Assembly: GCA_041662525.1 (NCBI GenBank)
Contig: JBAZSF010000003.1
Coordinates: 14,187 to 78,186 of the forward strand
Source of the DNA: Minisyncoccota bacterium
GTDB lineage: Bacteria; Patescibacteriota; Minisyncoccia; Phycocordibacterales; UBA9973
Direction of reading: 5' to 3'
Length of the DNA: 64,000 bases
Positions 37,617 to 47,952 of this stretch are shown piece by piece. Position numbers and translations under genes: made by a program. Below the pieces are notes generated by a model that saw only the letters and a program-made list of their open reading frames with translations, did not search any database and was not told where the DNA came from. Numbering within the stretch: the stretch's first letter is position 1; each line of letters opens with the position of its first letter.

Positions 37617-38369
37617 ATGCAAAAAGTAGAAAATAAGAAAGAGCTGGATACAATCATAGAGAAAATGTTCAAAGCTGGAGCTCATTATGGGTACAGCAAA
37701 ACCCGAAGACACCCCTCTGTTTCAAAATATATATACGCCACAAAAAACAAAGGAGACATAATCAATCTTGAAAAAACAAGCATGCTTTTAGACGAAGCAA
37801 CAGAATTTATAAAAAGCTTAGGAGCTAAAAACAAAGTTGTTCTTTTTGTTGGCACCAAACCTGAAGCCAAAGTTGCGATAAAGAATATTGCAGAAATACT
37901 AAAAATGCCTTACGTCGTAGAAAGATGGATAGGTGGAACTCTCTCTAATTTTACAGAAATAAAAAAAAGAATCACTGAATTAGAAACTTATCAAAAAGAT
38001 AGTATTGGAGGTGGGCTTGATAAATACACTAAAAAAGAAAGAGTGGTGATGGCAAAAAAAATGGAGAAACTAGCAAAATATTATACTGGTTTATTGGGGT
38101 TAAAAAAGGCCCCAGATGCTCTATTTATCATAGACGCAAAGAGCGAACACATAGCAGCCACCGAAGCTAGAAAGTCTGGTATTAAGGTGATTTCTTTAGT
38201 AAATTCTGATTCTAATATAAAAGAGATTGATTACCCTATCGTGGCAAACGATTCAGGGATACCATCTATCAAATTTTTTATTAATGCTATTGCGAATGCT
38301 TATAGAGAAGGCCAAGAATCCGCCGAAGTAGAAAACCCTATCTCTCCGAAAGCTGAAAAGAAATCATAA
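37617..38369 (+). CDS. rpsB: 30S ribosomal protein S2
   Basis: AGAHYGYSKTRRHP...YIYATKNKGDIINLEKT S2 signature. Confidence 0.9.
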   Translation: MQKVENKKELDTIIEKMFKAGAHYGYSKTRRHPSVSKYIYATKNKGDIINLEKTSMLLDEATEFIKSLGAKNKVVLFVGTKPEAKVAIKNIAEILKMPYVVERWIGGTLSNFTEIKKRITELETYQKDSIGGGLDKYTKKERVVMAKKMEKLAKYYTGLLGLKKAPDALFIIDAKSEHIAATEARKSGIKVISLVNSDSNIKEIDYPIVANDSGIPSIKFFINAIANAYREGQESAEVENPISPKAEKKS

Positions 38370-38377
38370 ACAATAAT

Positions 38378-39157
38378 ATGTCTATTCAAATCACTACAGA
38401 GCAAGTCAAAGAGCTCCGAGATACCACTGGTATTTCAGTAATGCAATGCAAACGTGCCCTCGAGGAAGCTCTCGGCGACATGAAAAAAGCTATCGCGATC
38501 TTAAAAAAGACCAGTTCTGATATTGCACTCAAAAAGGTCAATCGTGAAGTCTCCGAGGGAAGAGTTTCAATTAAAACAAAGGAAGGTAAAGCAATCTTGG
38601 TGTCTCTGCATTGTGAGACTGATTTTGTTGCTAAAAATGAAGACTTTGCAGCGCTTCTCGAAACTCTTGCCAATAAAGCATTAAAAGATGGGGTGGAAAA
38701 AATGAAGGCAGAGGCAAAAGATATAATAGATCCCATAATCCAAAAAACTGGAGAAAATATTCAATTAGGTGACATATATGAAGTAGAAGGAAGTGTGTTG
38801 GGAATTTATGTACACAACAATAAAACAGGAGTTATTGTTTCCTTAGAAGGAGGCAATGCAGAACTCGCAAAAGACATCGCTATGCACACAACCGCCATGA
38901 AACCAGAATATATTACAGAGGCAGAAATAACTGATGATGCAAAGAAAACAATGCAGGAGATTTTTGAAAAAGAAGTTGCCAGTATTAATAAACCTGAGGA
39001 AATAAAGAAGAAAATGTTGGATGGAAAAATGACAACATATTTCAAAGAAAAAACTTTAATCAACCAAAGTTTTATAAAAGATGGAGAGATAACGATAGGT
39101 AAGCTGCTAGAAAAGAATAATGCAAAAATCAAAGAAGTAAAAGTTTATTCAATATAA
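38378..39157 (+). CDS. tsf: elongation factor Ts
   Basis: ITTEQVKELRDTTGISVMQCKRALEEALGDMKKAIAILKK UBA-like N-terminus of EF-Ts; immediately after rpsB. Confidence 0.85.
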   Translation: MSIQITTEQVKELRDTTGISVMQCKRALEEALGDMKKAIAILKKTSSDIALKKVNREVSEGRVSIKTKEGKAILVSLHCETDFVAKNEDFAALLETLANKALKDGVEKMKAEAKDIIDPIIQKTGENIQLGDIYEVEGSVLGIYVHNNKTGVIVSLEGGNAELAKDIAMHTTAMKPEYITEAEITDDAKKTMQEIFEKEVASINKPEEIKKKMLDGKMTTYFKEKTLINQSFIKDGEITIGKLLEKNNAKIKEVKVYSI

Positions 39158-39158
39158 T

Positions 39159-39566
39159 ATGTACATTCTTTTAATTTTGTTTTTTGGATCACTCATCGGA
39201 ATCACTTTTATGATAGGAAGGAAATTATTACTGCTCCAAAATGGACAAATATCATACAAGGAAAGTGCAGAAACTTTTTTAAAAGCCCAATACTTTGAAG
39301 AATTGAAGCATTCAGCTTTTAAAACAATTAAGAAACATCGATATACTGGACTAGTAACAATAGTTAGATTGTACGTTATATCTTCTAATTTTTTAAAGAA
39401 TAAATATGAGCAGATAAAGATTAAAATAAAGGATGCCTATTATAAAAAAATAAACAATGGGGCAAAAGAAAAAAGAGAAGTTCCTAAATTTCTAAAAATT
39501 ATTTCAGAATATAAGCACAAAATCAGAGAGATAAGGCACAAAATAAAAGAGGAAGAAAATTTGTAA
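39159..39566 (+). CDS. small membrane protein, K-rich
   Basis: 135-aa ORF with an N-terminal TM helix. Confidence 0.35.
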   Translation: MYILLILFFGSLIGITFMIGRKLLLLQNGQISYKESAETFLKAQYFEELKHSAFKTIKKHRYTGLVTIVRLYVISSNFLKNKYEQIKIKIKDAYYKKINNGAKEKREVPKFLKIISEYKHKIREIRHKIKEEENL

Positions 39567-39574
39567 CAAATTAT

Positions 39575-39650
39575 GCCGCCTTAGCTCAGTTGGTAGAGCA
39601 ACACTTTTGTAAAGTGAAGGTCCTCGGTTCGAATCCGAGAGGCGGCTCCA
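39575..39650 (+). tRNA. tRNA-Thr(UGU)
   Basis: GCCGCCTTAGCTCAGTTGGTAGAGCAACACTTTTGTAAAGTGAAGGTCCTCGGTTCGAATCCGAGAGGCGGCTCCA; anticodon loop TTTGTAA; CCA encoded. Confidence 0.85.
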
Positions 39651-39798
39651 GCAGGTTAATATAGACTCAAAACGAGAAACAGCTCAAATAGGTCAATATA
39701 GGTTCAAAACGTGAGACGACTCCAGCAGGTTAATATAGACTCAAAACGAGAAACAGCTCAAATAGGTCAATATAGGTTCAAAACGTTAGGTGGCTCCA
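39651..39798 (+). repeat. two tandem 74-bp repeats directly after tRNA-Thr, each ending in a degenerate copy of the tRNA 3' acceptor end
   Basis: Unit gcaggttaatatagactcaaaacgagaaacagctcaaataggtcaatataggttcaaaacg + gagacgactcca / ttaggtggctcca (compare tRNA gaggcggctcca). Confidence 0.75.
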
Positions 39799-39807
39799 AT
39801 AAAAATC

Positions 39808-40500
39808 TTATTTATTTTTAGGAATAGAAACTTTTTGAGTAGTTGGCTCTTGAAGTTTAAAAGATTCTTGAACACGAGTTTCTAGATCTTCTAAACTATG
39901 AAAACCAGTCAATACTTCATCGTCTATAACCAATGCTGGGAGTTCCGTGTCTTTTATTTTATAAATTTGAAGCATAGAAGTAACAGCCGAGAGATCAGTA
40001 CTGTAATCAAAGGAATAAACCCTAAGCTCAGGATATTCTGTTCGAAGGGTTGAAAGCACTAGGCTTTGTTGTCCACACAAGCTACAATTTGATGCTGTAG
40101 TGTAAAAATAAAGGATAAATGCAGACTTTGTCCCGCATCTAGAAGAAATTTTTTTAGTTAATAAATAATCTTTAATTTGCAATAGTGAATAATATTTCTT
40201 TAAATATGTAACCTCATCTACAGAACCTAAATTATTTTCGCTCCACTCTAGCTTGCTCCCAAGCTCACCTAATTCGCTCGAAAATACAGAATCAGAAATA
40301 CTTTTACAAGAAAGTTCGGAAAGCAGAGAAAATTGAGTTTCTGAAGAAAGTATATCAATAGCTATTTTATCTTGGATTGTTTTTAATTGATTAATCTTTT
40401 TATTCCCAAAATAATTACTAAGATAAATAGCGGTGACAAAAAGTCCCACAGTAATCAATAAAACAATTAAATATTTTTTCCAATCAATATTATTATTCAT
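39808..40500 (-). CDS. membrane-anchored thioredoxin-fold-like protein with CxxC
   Basis: N-terminal TM; CSLCGQQ motif. Confidence 0.35.
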   Translation of the reverse strand: MNNNIDWKKYLIVLLITVGLFVTAIYLSNYFGNKKINQLKTIQDKIAIDILSSETQFSLLSELSCKSISDSVFSSELGELGSKLEWSENNLGSVDEVTYLKKYYSLLQIKDYLLTKKISSRCGTKSAFILYFYTTASNCSLCGQQSLVLSTLRTEYPELRVYSFDYSTDLSAVTSMLQIYKIKDTELPALVIDDEVLTGFHSLEDLETRVQESFKLQEPTTQKVSIPKNK

Positions 40501-40578
40501 CCCAGTACTAAAATTTTAATTAATAATCTTTATCTTTATGTCCCGTAATCAAAAATTTAGTACGGGACAGGTATATTT

Positions 40579-41862
40579 TTATCTCCAAGCGGGCTTTCTT
40601 TGTAAAATAGTATTATAAACTGCTTTCATCAGCCAAAACGGAGCGACAATAGAAAAAATGGGGAAAAAATAAAACATATCAAGAGACAAACCCCATTTCC
40701 CTTCGGTCATTTTTCGACCTAAGATCATCGCAAAAATTACTAAAAAATATATACAAAAAATTAAAAATATAAAAGATTGAGTATTTATAAAAAATGGATC
40801 AAAAATAAAACTTTTTACCTTAAAAGTAAAACCAACTGTTCCAAATTGAATAATTTTTGAATATATAAAATCCGCCAAACTATAAACAATTCTACTAAAA
40901 AGATAAGTTACAGAAAAAATAGAAATAACACCCATGGGTAAAGTGAACAAAGCAAAATTACCATATTGTTTTTTAAATAAAACATTTCGGTAATCAATGG
41001 TATTGTTGATAAAACCATAAATCCAGCGTAATCTTTGTTTATAAAGTTTTTTAGTTGTTCCAGGTGTATTTGTATAGACAAATGCATCATTACAATGTTC
41101 TATTTTATAATGATTTTTCTGCATACGATAAGCGATTTCCATATCTTCTGTATTGTGTCCATGATTATAACCCCCTAAACTATCGAACACTTTCTTTTTA
41201 AAAATAGTCATAGGCCCCGGAGTCACATTAATAGCTCCTAAGAAACCAAGCATTTTCTTAAAATAAACACCCATATTATATTCAGCTTTTTGCGCCTTTT
41301 TTAAAATATTTTTTGAACTAGATATAATAACAGACGGAGAAACTGCCATAATATTAGGATCTTTTTCGAAATAACTCATAATACGGACAAGAGATTCAGG
41401 ATCAGCAAATGAATCTGCATCCAAACCACCAAAAAAATCGGTCTTCGTATTTTGGATTCCCAGATTGAGTGCAGTAAACTTCCCCCCGTTTTCTTTATGA
41501 AAAACTTTTATATTAGAATAATCTTTAAACTTATTTATTACATTCAGTGTATTGTCTGCAGAACCATCGTCAATTAGAAATATTTCAAGCTTATCTTTTG
41601 GGTAATTTAAACCAAGCAGAGAATTTACAGTTTTTTCAACAGTACTTTCTTCATTCCAACAAGGCACAACAATTGTTACAGATGGGTAAGTCTCTAATGT
41701 AATTCTCCCCTTTCTAATAACTATTTTTTTTCTATTTTCAATAAAAGTAACTAAAAAAAACACCTGCACAAAAACAGACAAAAAAATCAAAATATAAAAT
41801 ATAAGGTCAAAAAATGATGTTATCATCACTAATATCATAACATTTTTAGGACTTTTATGCAA
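40579..41862 (-). CDS. family 2 processive glycosyltransferase (cellulose/PNAG/chitin synthase-like)
   Basis: VVPCWNEE, LIDDGSADNT, GLDADS, QRLRWIYG (QxxRW) motifs; TM segments at both ends. Confidence 0.8.
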   Translation of the reverse strand: MHKSPKNVMILVMITSFFDLIFYILIFLSVFVQVFFLVTFIENRKKIVIRKGRITLETYPSVTIVVPCWNEESTVEKTVNSLLGLNYPKDKLEIFLIDDGSADNTLNVINKFKDYSNIKVFHKENGGKFTALNLGIQNTKTDFFGGLDADSFADPESLVRIMSYFEKDPNIMAVSPSVIISSSKNILKKAQKAEYNMGVYFKKMLGFLGAINVTPGPMTIFKKKVFDSLGGYNHGHNTEDMEIAYRMQKNHYKIEHCNDAFVYTNTPGTTKKLYKQRLRWIYGFINNTIDYRNVLFKKQYGNFALFTLPMGVISIFSVTYLFSRIVYSLADFIYSKIIQFGTVGFTFKVKSFIFDPFFINTQSFIFLIFCIYFLVIFAMILGRKMTEGKWGLSLDMFYFFPIFSIVAPFWLMKAVYNTILQRKPAWR

Positions 41863-41911
41863 AATAAAAAGACCCTTAAAAGGGTCTTTTTATTCAACAA
41901 AAAATCACAAA

Positions 41912-42202
41912 TTACATCTTTTCTTCCATTTTTTCAGTTCCACAGCAAGCACCGTGTGCTTCCATGTTTTTCTTACATCTGCAACCAAAAATCTTCATAA
42001 CAGCAGCGATACCTACAAGCACATAAATTATTCCTTCAACTATTGGCATAGATCCAAAAATCATATTTACGACATTCCATGCTTCTCTACTATTCCCCAT
42101 CAACATTCCAATACCAATCAATCCCCAATTTAAACCTCCTATGATTAGTAAAATTTTACCAATCTTAGAACAAATACACATACCTTTATTTCCCATATCC
42201 AT
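41912..42202 (-). CDS. DUF378 family membrane protein
   Basis: GGLNWGLIGIG motif characteristic of DUF378. Confidence 0.65.
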   Translation of the reverse strand: MDMGNKGMCICSKIGKILLIIGGLNWGLIGIGMLMGNSREAWNVVNMIFGSMPIVEGIIYVLVGIAAVMKIFGCRCKKNMEAHGACCGTEKMEEKM

Positions 42203-42328
42203 ATATTTTTTAATTTCAGCCTGAGGCTGATCCGCCTATGGCGGAAAATTATTATTAATACATTAATTATACTACTTTTTTATATTGTATGCTACAATAG
42301 TATATTATTACAATAGAAAATAGGAAAT

Positions 42329-43087
42329 ATGGAAAATAACAACCAAAAATCAATAGTAAGTGCAATTATCATAGTAGGGGTTTTGATAGCTGGAGCAATT
42401 TTATTAAAAGGTAGCTCGACACCCAAAAATCCTAAAACAACTGAAAATGGAATTCCGGTAACGACTGCCATGCTAGCGCCAGTTGGAAAAGAAGACAGAA
42501 CACTTGGAAACCCACAAGCAAAAGTTACTCTTATTGTATATGAAGATTTTCAATGTCCTTTTTGTGCAGCAGTTACAGGGTTAGGGCTTGATTCACCTTC
42601 TATGAAACCTGTAATGGATTACTTAAGAAAAAATGATCCTGCTTGGACTCCTTTTATGCCTGAGATTGTTAATAATTATGTAAAAAATGGAGAAGTATTG
42701 CTTGTATATAGAGACTTTACTTTCTTAGGTTCAGAATCAGTAAAGGCTTCTGAGGCTGCAAGGTGTGCAGGAGATCAAGGAAAATTTTGGGAATATCATG
42801 ACTATCTTTATTCTCACCACGGTGGAGAAAACAATGGAAGTTTCGCAGATCCTAAATTAAAATCTTTTGCCAAAGAACTTAAATTAGACACTTCTATTTT
42901 TGATGCCTGCTTAGACAATGGTAAATATACGAAAGCAGTTGAAGATTCAAAAAATGAAGGAGCTGCCGCTGGAGTTACCGGCACACCGAAAGGATTCATC
43001 TTAAGAGATGGAAAAATCGCAGGCACTATCGACGGAGCTGAACCACTCAGTATGGTAAAGCCAAAGATAGACGCAGCGTTGGAATAA
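42329..43087 (+). CDS. DsbA-family thiol:disulfide oxidoreductase
   Basis: N-terminal TM; YEDFQCPFCAA active-site CPFC. Confidence 0.75.
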   Translation: MENNNQKSIVSAIIIVGVLIAGAILLKGSSTPKNPKTTENGIPVTTAMLAPVGKEDRTLGNPQAKVTLIVYEDFQCPFCAAVTGLGLDSPSMKPVMDYLRKNDPAWTPFMPEIVNNYVKNGEVLLVYRDFTFLGSESVKASEAARCAGDQGKFWEYHDYLYSHHGGENNGSFADPKLKSFAKELKLDTSIFDACLDNGKYTKAVEDSKNEGAAAGVTGTPKGFILRDGKIAGTIDGAEPLSMVKPKIDAALE

Positions 43088-43097
43088 TCTAATCAAG

Positions 43098-43132
43098 AAA
43101 AATCCAGCAAGGACTCCCCTTGCTGGATTTTT
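43098..43132. repeat. REP-like GC-rich hairpin (also a terminator for the DsbA-like gene)
   Basis: aaaaatccagcaagg actcc ccttgctggattttt perfect palindrome. Confidence 0.65.
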
Positions 43133-43154
43133 CTTATTTGTATATAATATATTC

Positions 43155-43829
43155 ATGTATAGAAAAACACCATTTGTCGAAAAAGAACACTATCATATAT
43201 ATTCTAGAGGAGTAGAGAAACGTAAAATATTTCTGAATATAAAAGATTATAATCGTTTTGTGGCTTTGCTGTACATCATGAATCAAAGCATATCATTTCG
43301 ATTTGATAATTTTTTACAAGCACATAAAAATAACTTAGAAGAAATTTTCAAAGAGCAACGAGAAAAAACTCTCGTTTCAATTTTGGGATACTGTCTAATG
43401 CCAAATCATTTTCATTTAATACTTTATGAACACACGGAGGGTGGCATTAGTAAATTTATGGGTAAACTTTTAACTGCTTATTCGATGTATTTTAATACAA
43501 AATACGAAAGAAGTGGTCCCCTTCTAACACGCCCATTCAGATCACAGCATATTGAAAATGAATCGCAGTATATGTACATATTTTCTTATGTGCACCTCAA
43601 TCCACTTTCAATTATTGATAAAGAATGGAAAGAAAGTATTAAAAATAAAAAAGAGGCCAAAGAATTTTTAGAAAAATATCAATTCTCAAGCTATTTAGAT
43701 TTTCTAGAAAACAACAGACTAGAATCTGCAATTATTGATTTTTCATTGATTCCAGAATATATAAAAGAAATAGAATTAGATTTTAAAACACTTGAACAGA
43801 TATTTAATGAAAACCAACCAATTAATTAG
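43155..43829 (+). CDS. IS200-like / REP-associated tyrosine transposase (RAYT, HUH Y1)
   Basis: YHIYSRGVEKRKIF..., LGYCLMPNHFHLIL (HxH motif), YVHLNPL; 224 aa. Confidence 0.8.
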   Translation: MYRKTPFVEKEHYHIYSRGVEKRKIFLNIKDYNRFVALLYIMNQSISFRFDNFLQAHKNNLEEIFKEQREKTLVSILGYCLMPNHFHLILYEHTEGGISKFMGKLLTAYSMYFNTKYERSGPLLTRPFRSQHIENESQYMYIFSYVHLNPLSIIDKEWKESIKNKKEAKEFLEKYQFSSYLDFLENNRLESAIIDFSLIPEYIKEIELDFKTLEQIFNENQPIN

Positions 43830-43842
43830 TTAATTAATAGTT

Positions 43843-43864
43843 CAGCAAGGGCTCCCCTTACTGG
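43843..43864. repeat. REP-like hairpin copy
   Basis: cagcaagggctccccttactgg, a variant of the cagcaagg-actcc-ccttgctg hairpin. Confidence 0.55.
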
Positions 43865-43865
43865 G

Positions 43866-44411
43866 TTAATTTAATATGTATTCCCAACCCGGTTTCCATG
43901 CTTTAGTTTTTCGCCAGTCTTCAGCTAACGCTTCCTCCCATGTCTTACCCTTAAGTAAAACATCAAGTGCAAGTTGAGGTGCCTTATGTGCCACGATAGC
44001 AACACTTTTGCCATCGTAATTCTCTTTTAAGAATTTCAAAAAATTAGCCATTCTATTTTTTACATCTTCATAACTTTCTCCTTTCGGGAATCTTTTCATT
44101 ACACATTCTTCTTCACACATTGGTTCAACAATTTCTGAAGGGCTAGCATTTAATTCCCCATAATTACATTCACGCAATCTGCTATCTTTTATAATCGGAG
44201 CCATTTCTTTAAAAGCTAAATTTGCTGAGTCAAATGCTCTTTTTAAATCTGAACAGAAAATTACATCAAATTTTTTAGTAACTTGATTTCCTAATTCAAT
44301 AGATTGTTTTATCCCTAATTCTGAAAGTTCAACATCAGACCAGCCAGAGGAAATTTCTTTTTCATTGTCTGTTGTGGTGCCGTGAACAAAGTAAGTTATT
44401 TTTATTGACAT
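43866..44411 (-). CDS. histidine phosphatase (phosphoglycerate mutase) family protein
   Basis: ITYFVHGTTTDNE N-terminal catalytic His motif, 181 aa. Confidence 0.65.
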   Translation of the reverse strand: MSIKITYFVHGTTTDNEKEISSGWSDVELSELGIKQSIELGNQVTKKFDVIFCSDLKRAFDSANLAFKEMAPIIKDSRLRECNYGELNASPSEIVEPMCEEECVMKRFPKGESYEDVKNRMANFLKFLKENYDGKSVAIVAHKAPQLALDVLLKGKTWEEALAEDWRKTKAWKPGWEYILN

Positions 44412-44424
44412 AATCTTTGTTTTC

Positions 44425-44445
44425 CAGCAAGGACTCCCCTTGCTG
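44425..44445. repeat. REP-like hairpin copy
   Basis: cagcaaggactccccttgctg. Confidence 0.6.
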
Positions 44446-44447
44446 AA

Positions 44448-44921
44448 TTAGTGTTCTAATACCATTTTCACTCTAGGTGTTCCATTACCAAAATAATTTT
44501 CTATTGTTTCAGTGATTTTAAAACCCAAAGATTCATATAAATTAACCGCCTCAATATTACCTGGAAAAGTTACCAACCAAATCTTTGATGCACTTGAAAA
44601 TTTAGAAAGAAATTGATTCATAGCTTCTCTACCCAGACCCCTACCTTGAAAATCTGGATCAATAGCTAATACATTTAGATAAATTATATTATTTTCTTTC
44701 CTTTCATATTGAATTTGTCCCACAATCTTTTTCCCAGCTTTTACCATAAAAAAGGATTTATTTTCACCATATATTTGTTCTGGCTTAGTTTCAGCCCGAT
44801 AAGTTGGTTTAGCAAGTCTTTGTTCTAGAGCAAAAAAAGTTTCAAAATCTGCTTCAGTTCCTTCTACTAAAGTTACTGGTCCTAATTCTTGAGTATTTTT
44901 AGTTTTGTTTAAGTCTTCCAT
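44448..44921 (-). CDS. GNAT family N-acetyltransferase
   Basis: QGRGLGREAMNQFL acetyl-CoA binding motif. Confidence 0.75.
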   Translation of the reverse strand: MEDLNKTKNTQELGPVTLVEGTEADFETFFALEQRLAKPTYRAETKPEQIYGENKSFFMVKAGKKIVGQIQYERKENNIIYLNVLAIDPDFQGRGLGREAMNQFLSKFSSASKIWLVTFPGNIEAVNLYESLGFKITETIENYFGNGTPRVKMVLEH

Positions 44922-44958
44922 ATTTTTATTATAATTTGACTAGGTCTGACTTAGTCGA

Positions 44959-46203
44959 TTAATCAAAATAATTCTTTAGCCTGGCTATTTTTTCGTGCTG
45001 GCGGAGTTTTTCATGGACTTTCGCCTCAATTTGACGAATACGCTCTCGAGTTACTCCAAACTCTTCCCCTACTCTCTCTAGAGTATGCTGAATGCCATCC
45101 ATTAAACCATAACGCATTTCTAAAATCTTGCGCTCTTTGGGATTAAGCTCGTCTAGCACTTCACGAATCTGGTCAGAGAGAATTCTGCGAGAAGATTCTT
45201 GATCTGGGCGTAAAATCTTATCATCTGGGATAAAATTCTCCAAGGTTGATTTATCGTCATCATCTCCGACAGGTTGTTCGAGTGATACTGTCTCTTGTGA
45301 AATATTTTCAATAACGTGAATTTTTTCAACAGGAATACCCATTTCAGTGGCAATCTCTTCTGCCAAAGGTTCTCTACCTAAATCCTGACTGAGTCGGCGA
45401 TGGGTTTGTTTATATTTAGAAATTGTCTCCACCATGTGCACTGGAATACGAATAGTTCTAGACTGGTCAGCGAGTGCTCGAGTGATAGACTGACGAATCC
45501 ACCAAGTAGCATAAGTGGAAAATTTATATCCTTTAGTCCAATCAAATTTCTCTACGGCCTTAAATAATCCAAGGTTTCCTTCTTGGATCAAATCAAGCAA
45601 GGTTAAATTCGCGGACCTCCCTACATATTTTTTTGCGATAGAAACAACTAGACGTAGGTTAGCACGTGCTAATAAATTTTTTGCTTCAACATCTCCACGT
45701 TCAATGCGCTTAGCTAAGTCCTTTTCATCACTAGCATAAATCAAAGGATATTGTCCTATCTCTTTTAGATATATCTGAATAGAATCATGCATATTTCCTT
45801 TATTCAAATCTTTGTCACTCAAATCAATGTCTAAATTAAGTAAGTTCCCTCCTTCTAACACATCAATAGAAGCTGTTGAAAATTTTTCATAAAGCTCATC
45901 TAAAAATAAAATATTATTTTCAATATCAGGAAAAGTTTTTAATATTTCATCATAAGTAATGAAGCCGCGTTTTCTTCCTTTTTCAATAAGACTATTTGCT
46001 AAAACATCTAATTTTTCTGCCTTTTTCTCAGCAAAAGATAGTTTTTTAATTTTTTCTTTTTTAATAACCTTCTTTTTTTTCACTACTTTTTTTATCTTTT
46101 TATTTTTCTGAACCTGCCTCGCTGATTCAAGGCGGGCTTTTTTTACTTTTTTCACAATTTTTTTTCCTATTTTTTTTATTTTCTTTATTTTTTTCTTTTT
46201 CAT
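44959..46203 (-). CDS. rpoD: RNA polymerase sigma-70 factor RpoD
   Basis: Regions 1.2-4 are conserved ([63 protein letters not shown]); K-rich N-terminal extension. Confidence 0.9.
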   Translation of the reverse strand: MKKKKIKKIKKIGKKIVKKVKKARLESARQVQKNKKIKKVVKKKKVIKKEKIKKLSFAEKKAEKLDVLANSLIEKGRKRGFITYDEILKTFPDIENNILFLDELYEKFSTASIDVLEGGNLLNLDIDLSDKDLNKGNMHDSIQIYLKEIGQYPLIYASDEKDLAKRIERGDVEAKNLLARANLRLVVSIAKKYVGRSANLTLLDLIQEGNLGLFKAVEKFDWTKGYKFSTYATWWIRQSITRALADQSRTIRIPVHMVETISKYKQTHRRLSQDLGREPLAEEIATEMGIPVEKIHVIENISQETVSLEQPVGDDDDKSTLENFIPDDKILRPDQESSRRILSDQIREVLDELNPKERKILEMRYGLMDGIQHTLERVGEEFGVTRERIRQIEAKVHEKLRQHEKIARLKNYFD

Positions 46204-46209
46204 AAATAT

Positions 46210-47946
46210 TTATCTTTTTACGCGACTATTTTTAATATCTTCTTTTCTTTTATTTATCTCATTTATTTTTTTTAAAATCTCTATCTCTTCCTCCTTCCCT
46301 TTCAAATTTTGTAATTCTATCATATGCTTTGTTAATTCTTCATTAAAATATTCTTCTTCTATGCTTAACAACATTTCATGCACATCCTTCTCTAGATTTT
46401 CATTATTTGCATAAAATTCCTCTACTTCATAAATCAAATCTTCCTTTATGTCTTTATATTTTTCTCTGACGTTTTCTTTTGCTTTTTCTAACTTTTTAAA
46501 AATAAATTCTGGGTCTATCTTTTTATTAGAAATACTTTCCTGCCAAAAAGCTATCCCTAGCAGTCTCCGCTCTATAGGGTCTTTTCTTAATTTTTTCTCT
46601 ATATTTTCTTTGGCTATTTTTGTTTCCTCCTTTTCATATTTTAACTCAAACTCTACCTTTTTTAAATCTTCCATTAAGGCATTTTCAGATATTCCAGATT
46701 TATTGCTAATTAATGTAATAAAATGTGATTTTTCTATAGAGCTTTCTAATTCATTTATAAAAGGAAGCAAACGCTCCTTTATTTCCCTGCCAGCTTTTCT
46801 GCTATCAGAATTAGTGTCTTTCAAGATTCTCATAAGCATAAATTCAATAAAATGTTTTGAATTTCTTATTGCTTCACGCCATGCATCCACCCCCACTTTC
46901 GAGATCAAATCTGCTGGATCCATGCCTTCTTTTATATCTGCCACTTTTACATCCATACCTAAAGATAATGCAATTTTTGCAAAACGATTTGTGGCATTTA
47001 CTCCTGCGCGATCAGCATCATAAGCAAGGACAATATTTTTTGATAATCTAGTGATAAGTCCAAGATTATTTATAATATTTTCTTTCGACATTATTGAATC
47101 AGCCATGGCTGTCCCAGAAGAAGCTACTGTATTTTTAAATCCTGACTGATGAGATAAAATCAAATCCATTTGACCTTCAACCAGAATAGAAAAGTCATTT
47201 TTTCTAATGGTATCTTTAGCTTTATCTATACCAAAAAGTACAGAAGATTTATTAAAAATAATAGTCTCTGGACTATTTAAATATTTAGCAGACTTTCCGT
47301 CATCCACAAAGATTCTTCCAGAAAAAGCAATGATCCGTCCACTAGAATCACCCATAGGAAACATTATCCGTCCACGAAACCTATCGTAATAGCCCTTCTC
47401 TGTTTTTTTAATTAATCCAGCTTTTTCTAATTCGTTATCAGTAAAATTTTTAGATTTTAAATAATCATAAAGTTTACGCCAATCAAGCAAAGCAAAACCA
47501 ATTCTAAATTCTTTTATTGTTTTTTCTTCCAAACCCCTAGATTTAAGATAACTTAGGGCCTCATTATTGGTCGCCAAATTATCACAAAAATATAATGTTG
47601 CTATTTCCATCACCTCGTACAACCTTTCCTTTTCACTCTGACTTTTTTGTTCTTTAAGATTGTGAGATTCTAAGACAATCCCCGCTTTGCCAGCAAGTAA
47701 TTTAAGAGCTCCCCTGAAATCAAGACCCTCAAATTCTTCTACAAAAGTAAAAATATCGCCTTTCACCCCACAACCAAAGCAATAGTAAGTCCCCCTGTCA
47801 GGAGAAATAAAAAATGACGGGGTTTTCTCATTATGAAATGGGCACCTTGCTTTTAGATTTGCGCCTACCTTTTCAAGCTTTATATAAGAAGATACAACTT
47901 CTTCAATTGATAGTCTCTCCTTAATTTTAGCAACAGGAGAATTCAT
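46210..47946 (-). CDS. dnaG: DNA primase
   Basis: Zn-finger CPFHNEKTPSFFISPDRGTYYCFGCGVKGD; TOPRIM EGQMD...DAD. Confidence 0.9.
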   Translation of the reverse strand: MNSPVAKIKERLSIEEVVSSYIKLEKVGANLKARCPFHNEKTPSFFISPDRGTYYCFGCGVKGDIFTFVEEFEGLDFRGALKLLAGKAGIVLESHNLKEQKSQSEKERLYEVMEIATLYFCDNLATNNEALSYLKSRGLEEKTIKEFRIGFALLDWRKLYDYLKSKNFTDNELEKAGLIKKTEKGYYDRFRGRIMFPMGDSSGRIIAFSGRIFVDDGKSAKYLNSPETIIFNKSSVLFGIDKAKDTIRKNDFSILVEGQMDLILSHQSGFKNTVASSGTAMADSIMSKENIINNLGLITRLSKNIVLAYDADRAGVNATNRFAKIALSLGMDVKVADIKEGMDPADLISKVGVDAWREAIRNSKHFIEFMLMRILKDTNSDSRKAGREIKERLLPFINELESSIEKSHFITLISNKSGISENALMEDLKKVEFELKYEKEETKIAKENIEKKLRKDPIERRLLGIAFWQESISNKKIDPEFIFKKLEKAKENVREKYKDIKEDLIYEVEEFYANNENLEKDVHEMLLSIEEEYFNEELTKHMIELQNLKGKEEEIEILKKINEINKRKEDIKNSRVKR

Positions 47947-47952
47947 AAATTA

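Noticed and set aside
39651-39798. CRISPR array after tRNA-Thr
   Set aside because: Only two long (74-bp) identical units with no short repeat-spacer periodicity; these are tandem duplications, not CRISPR.
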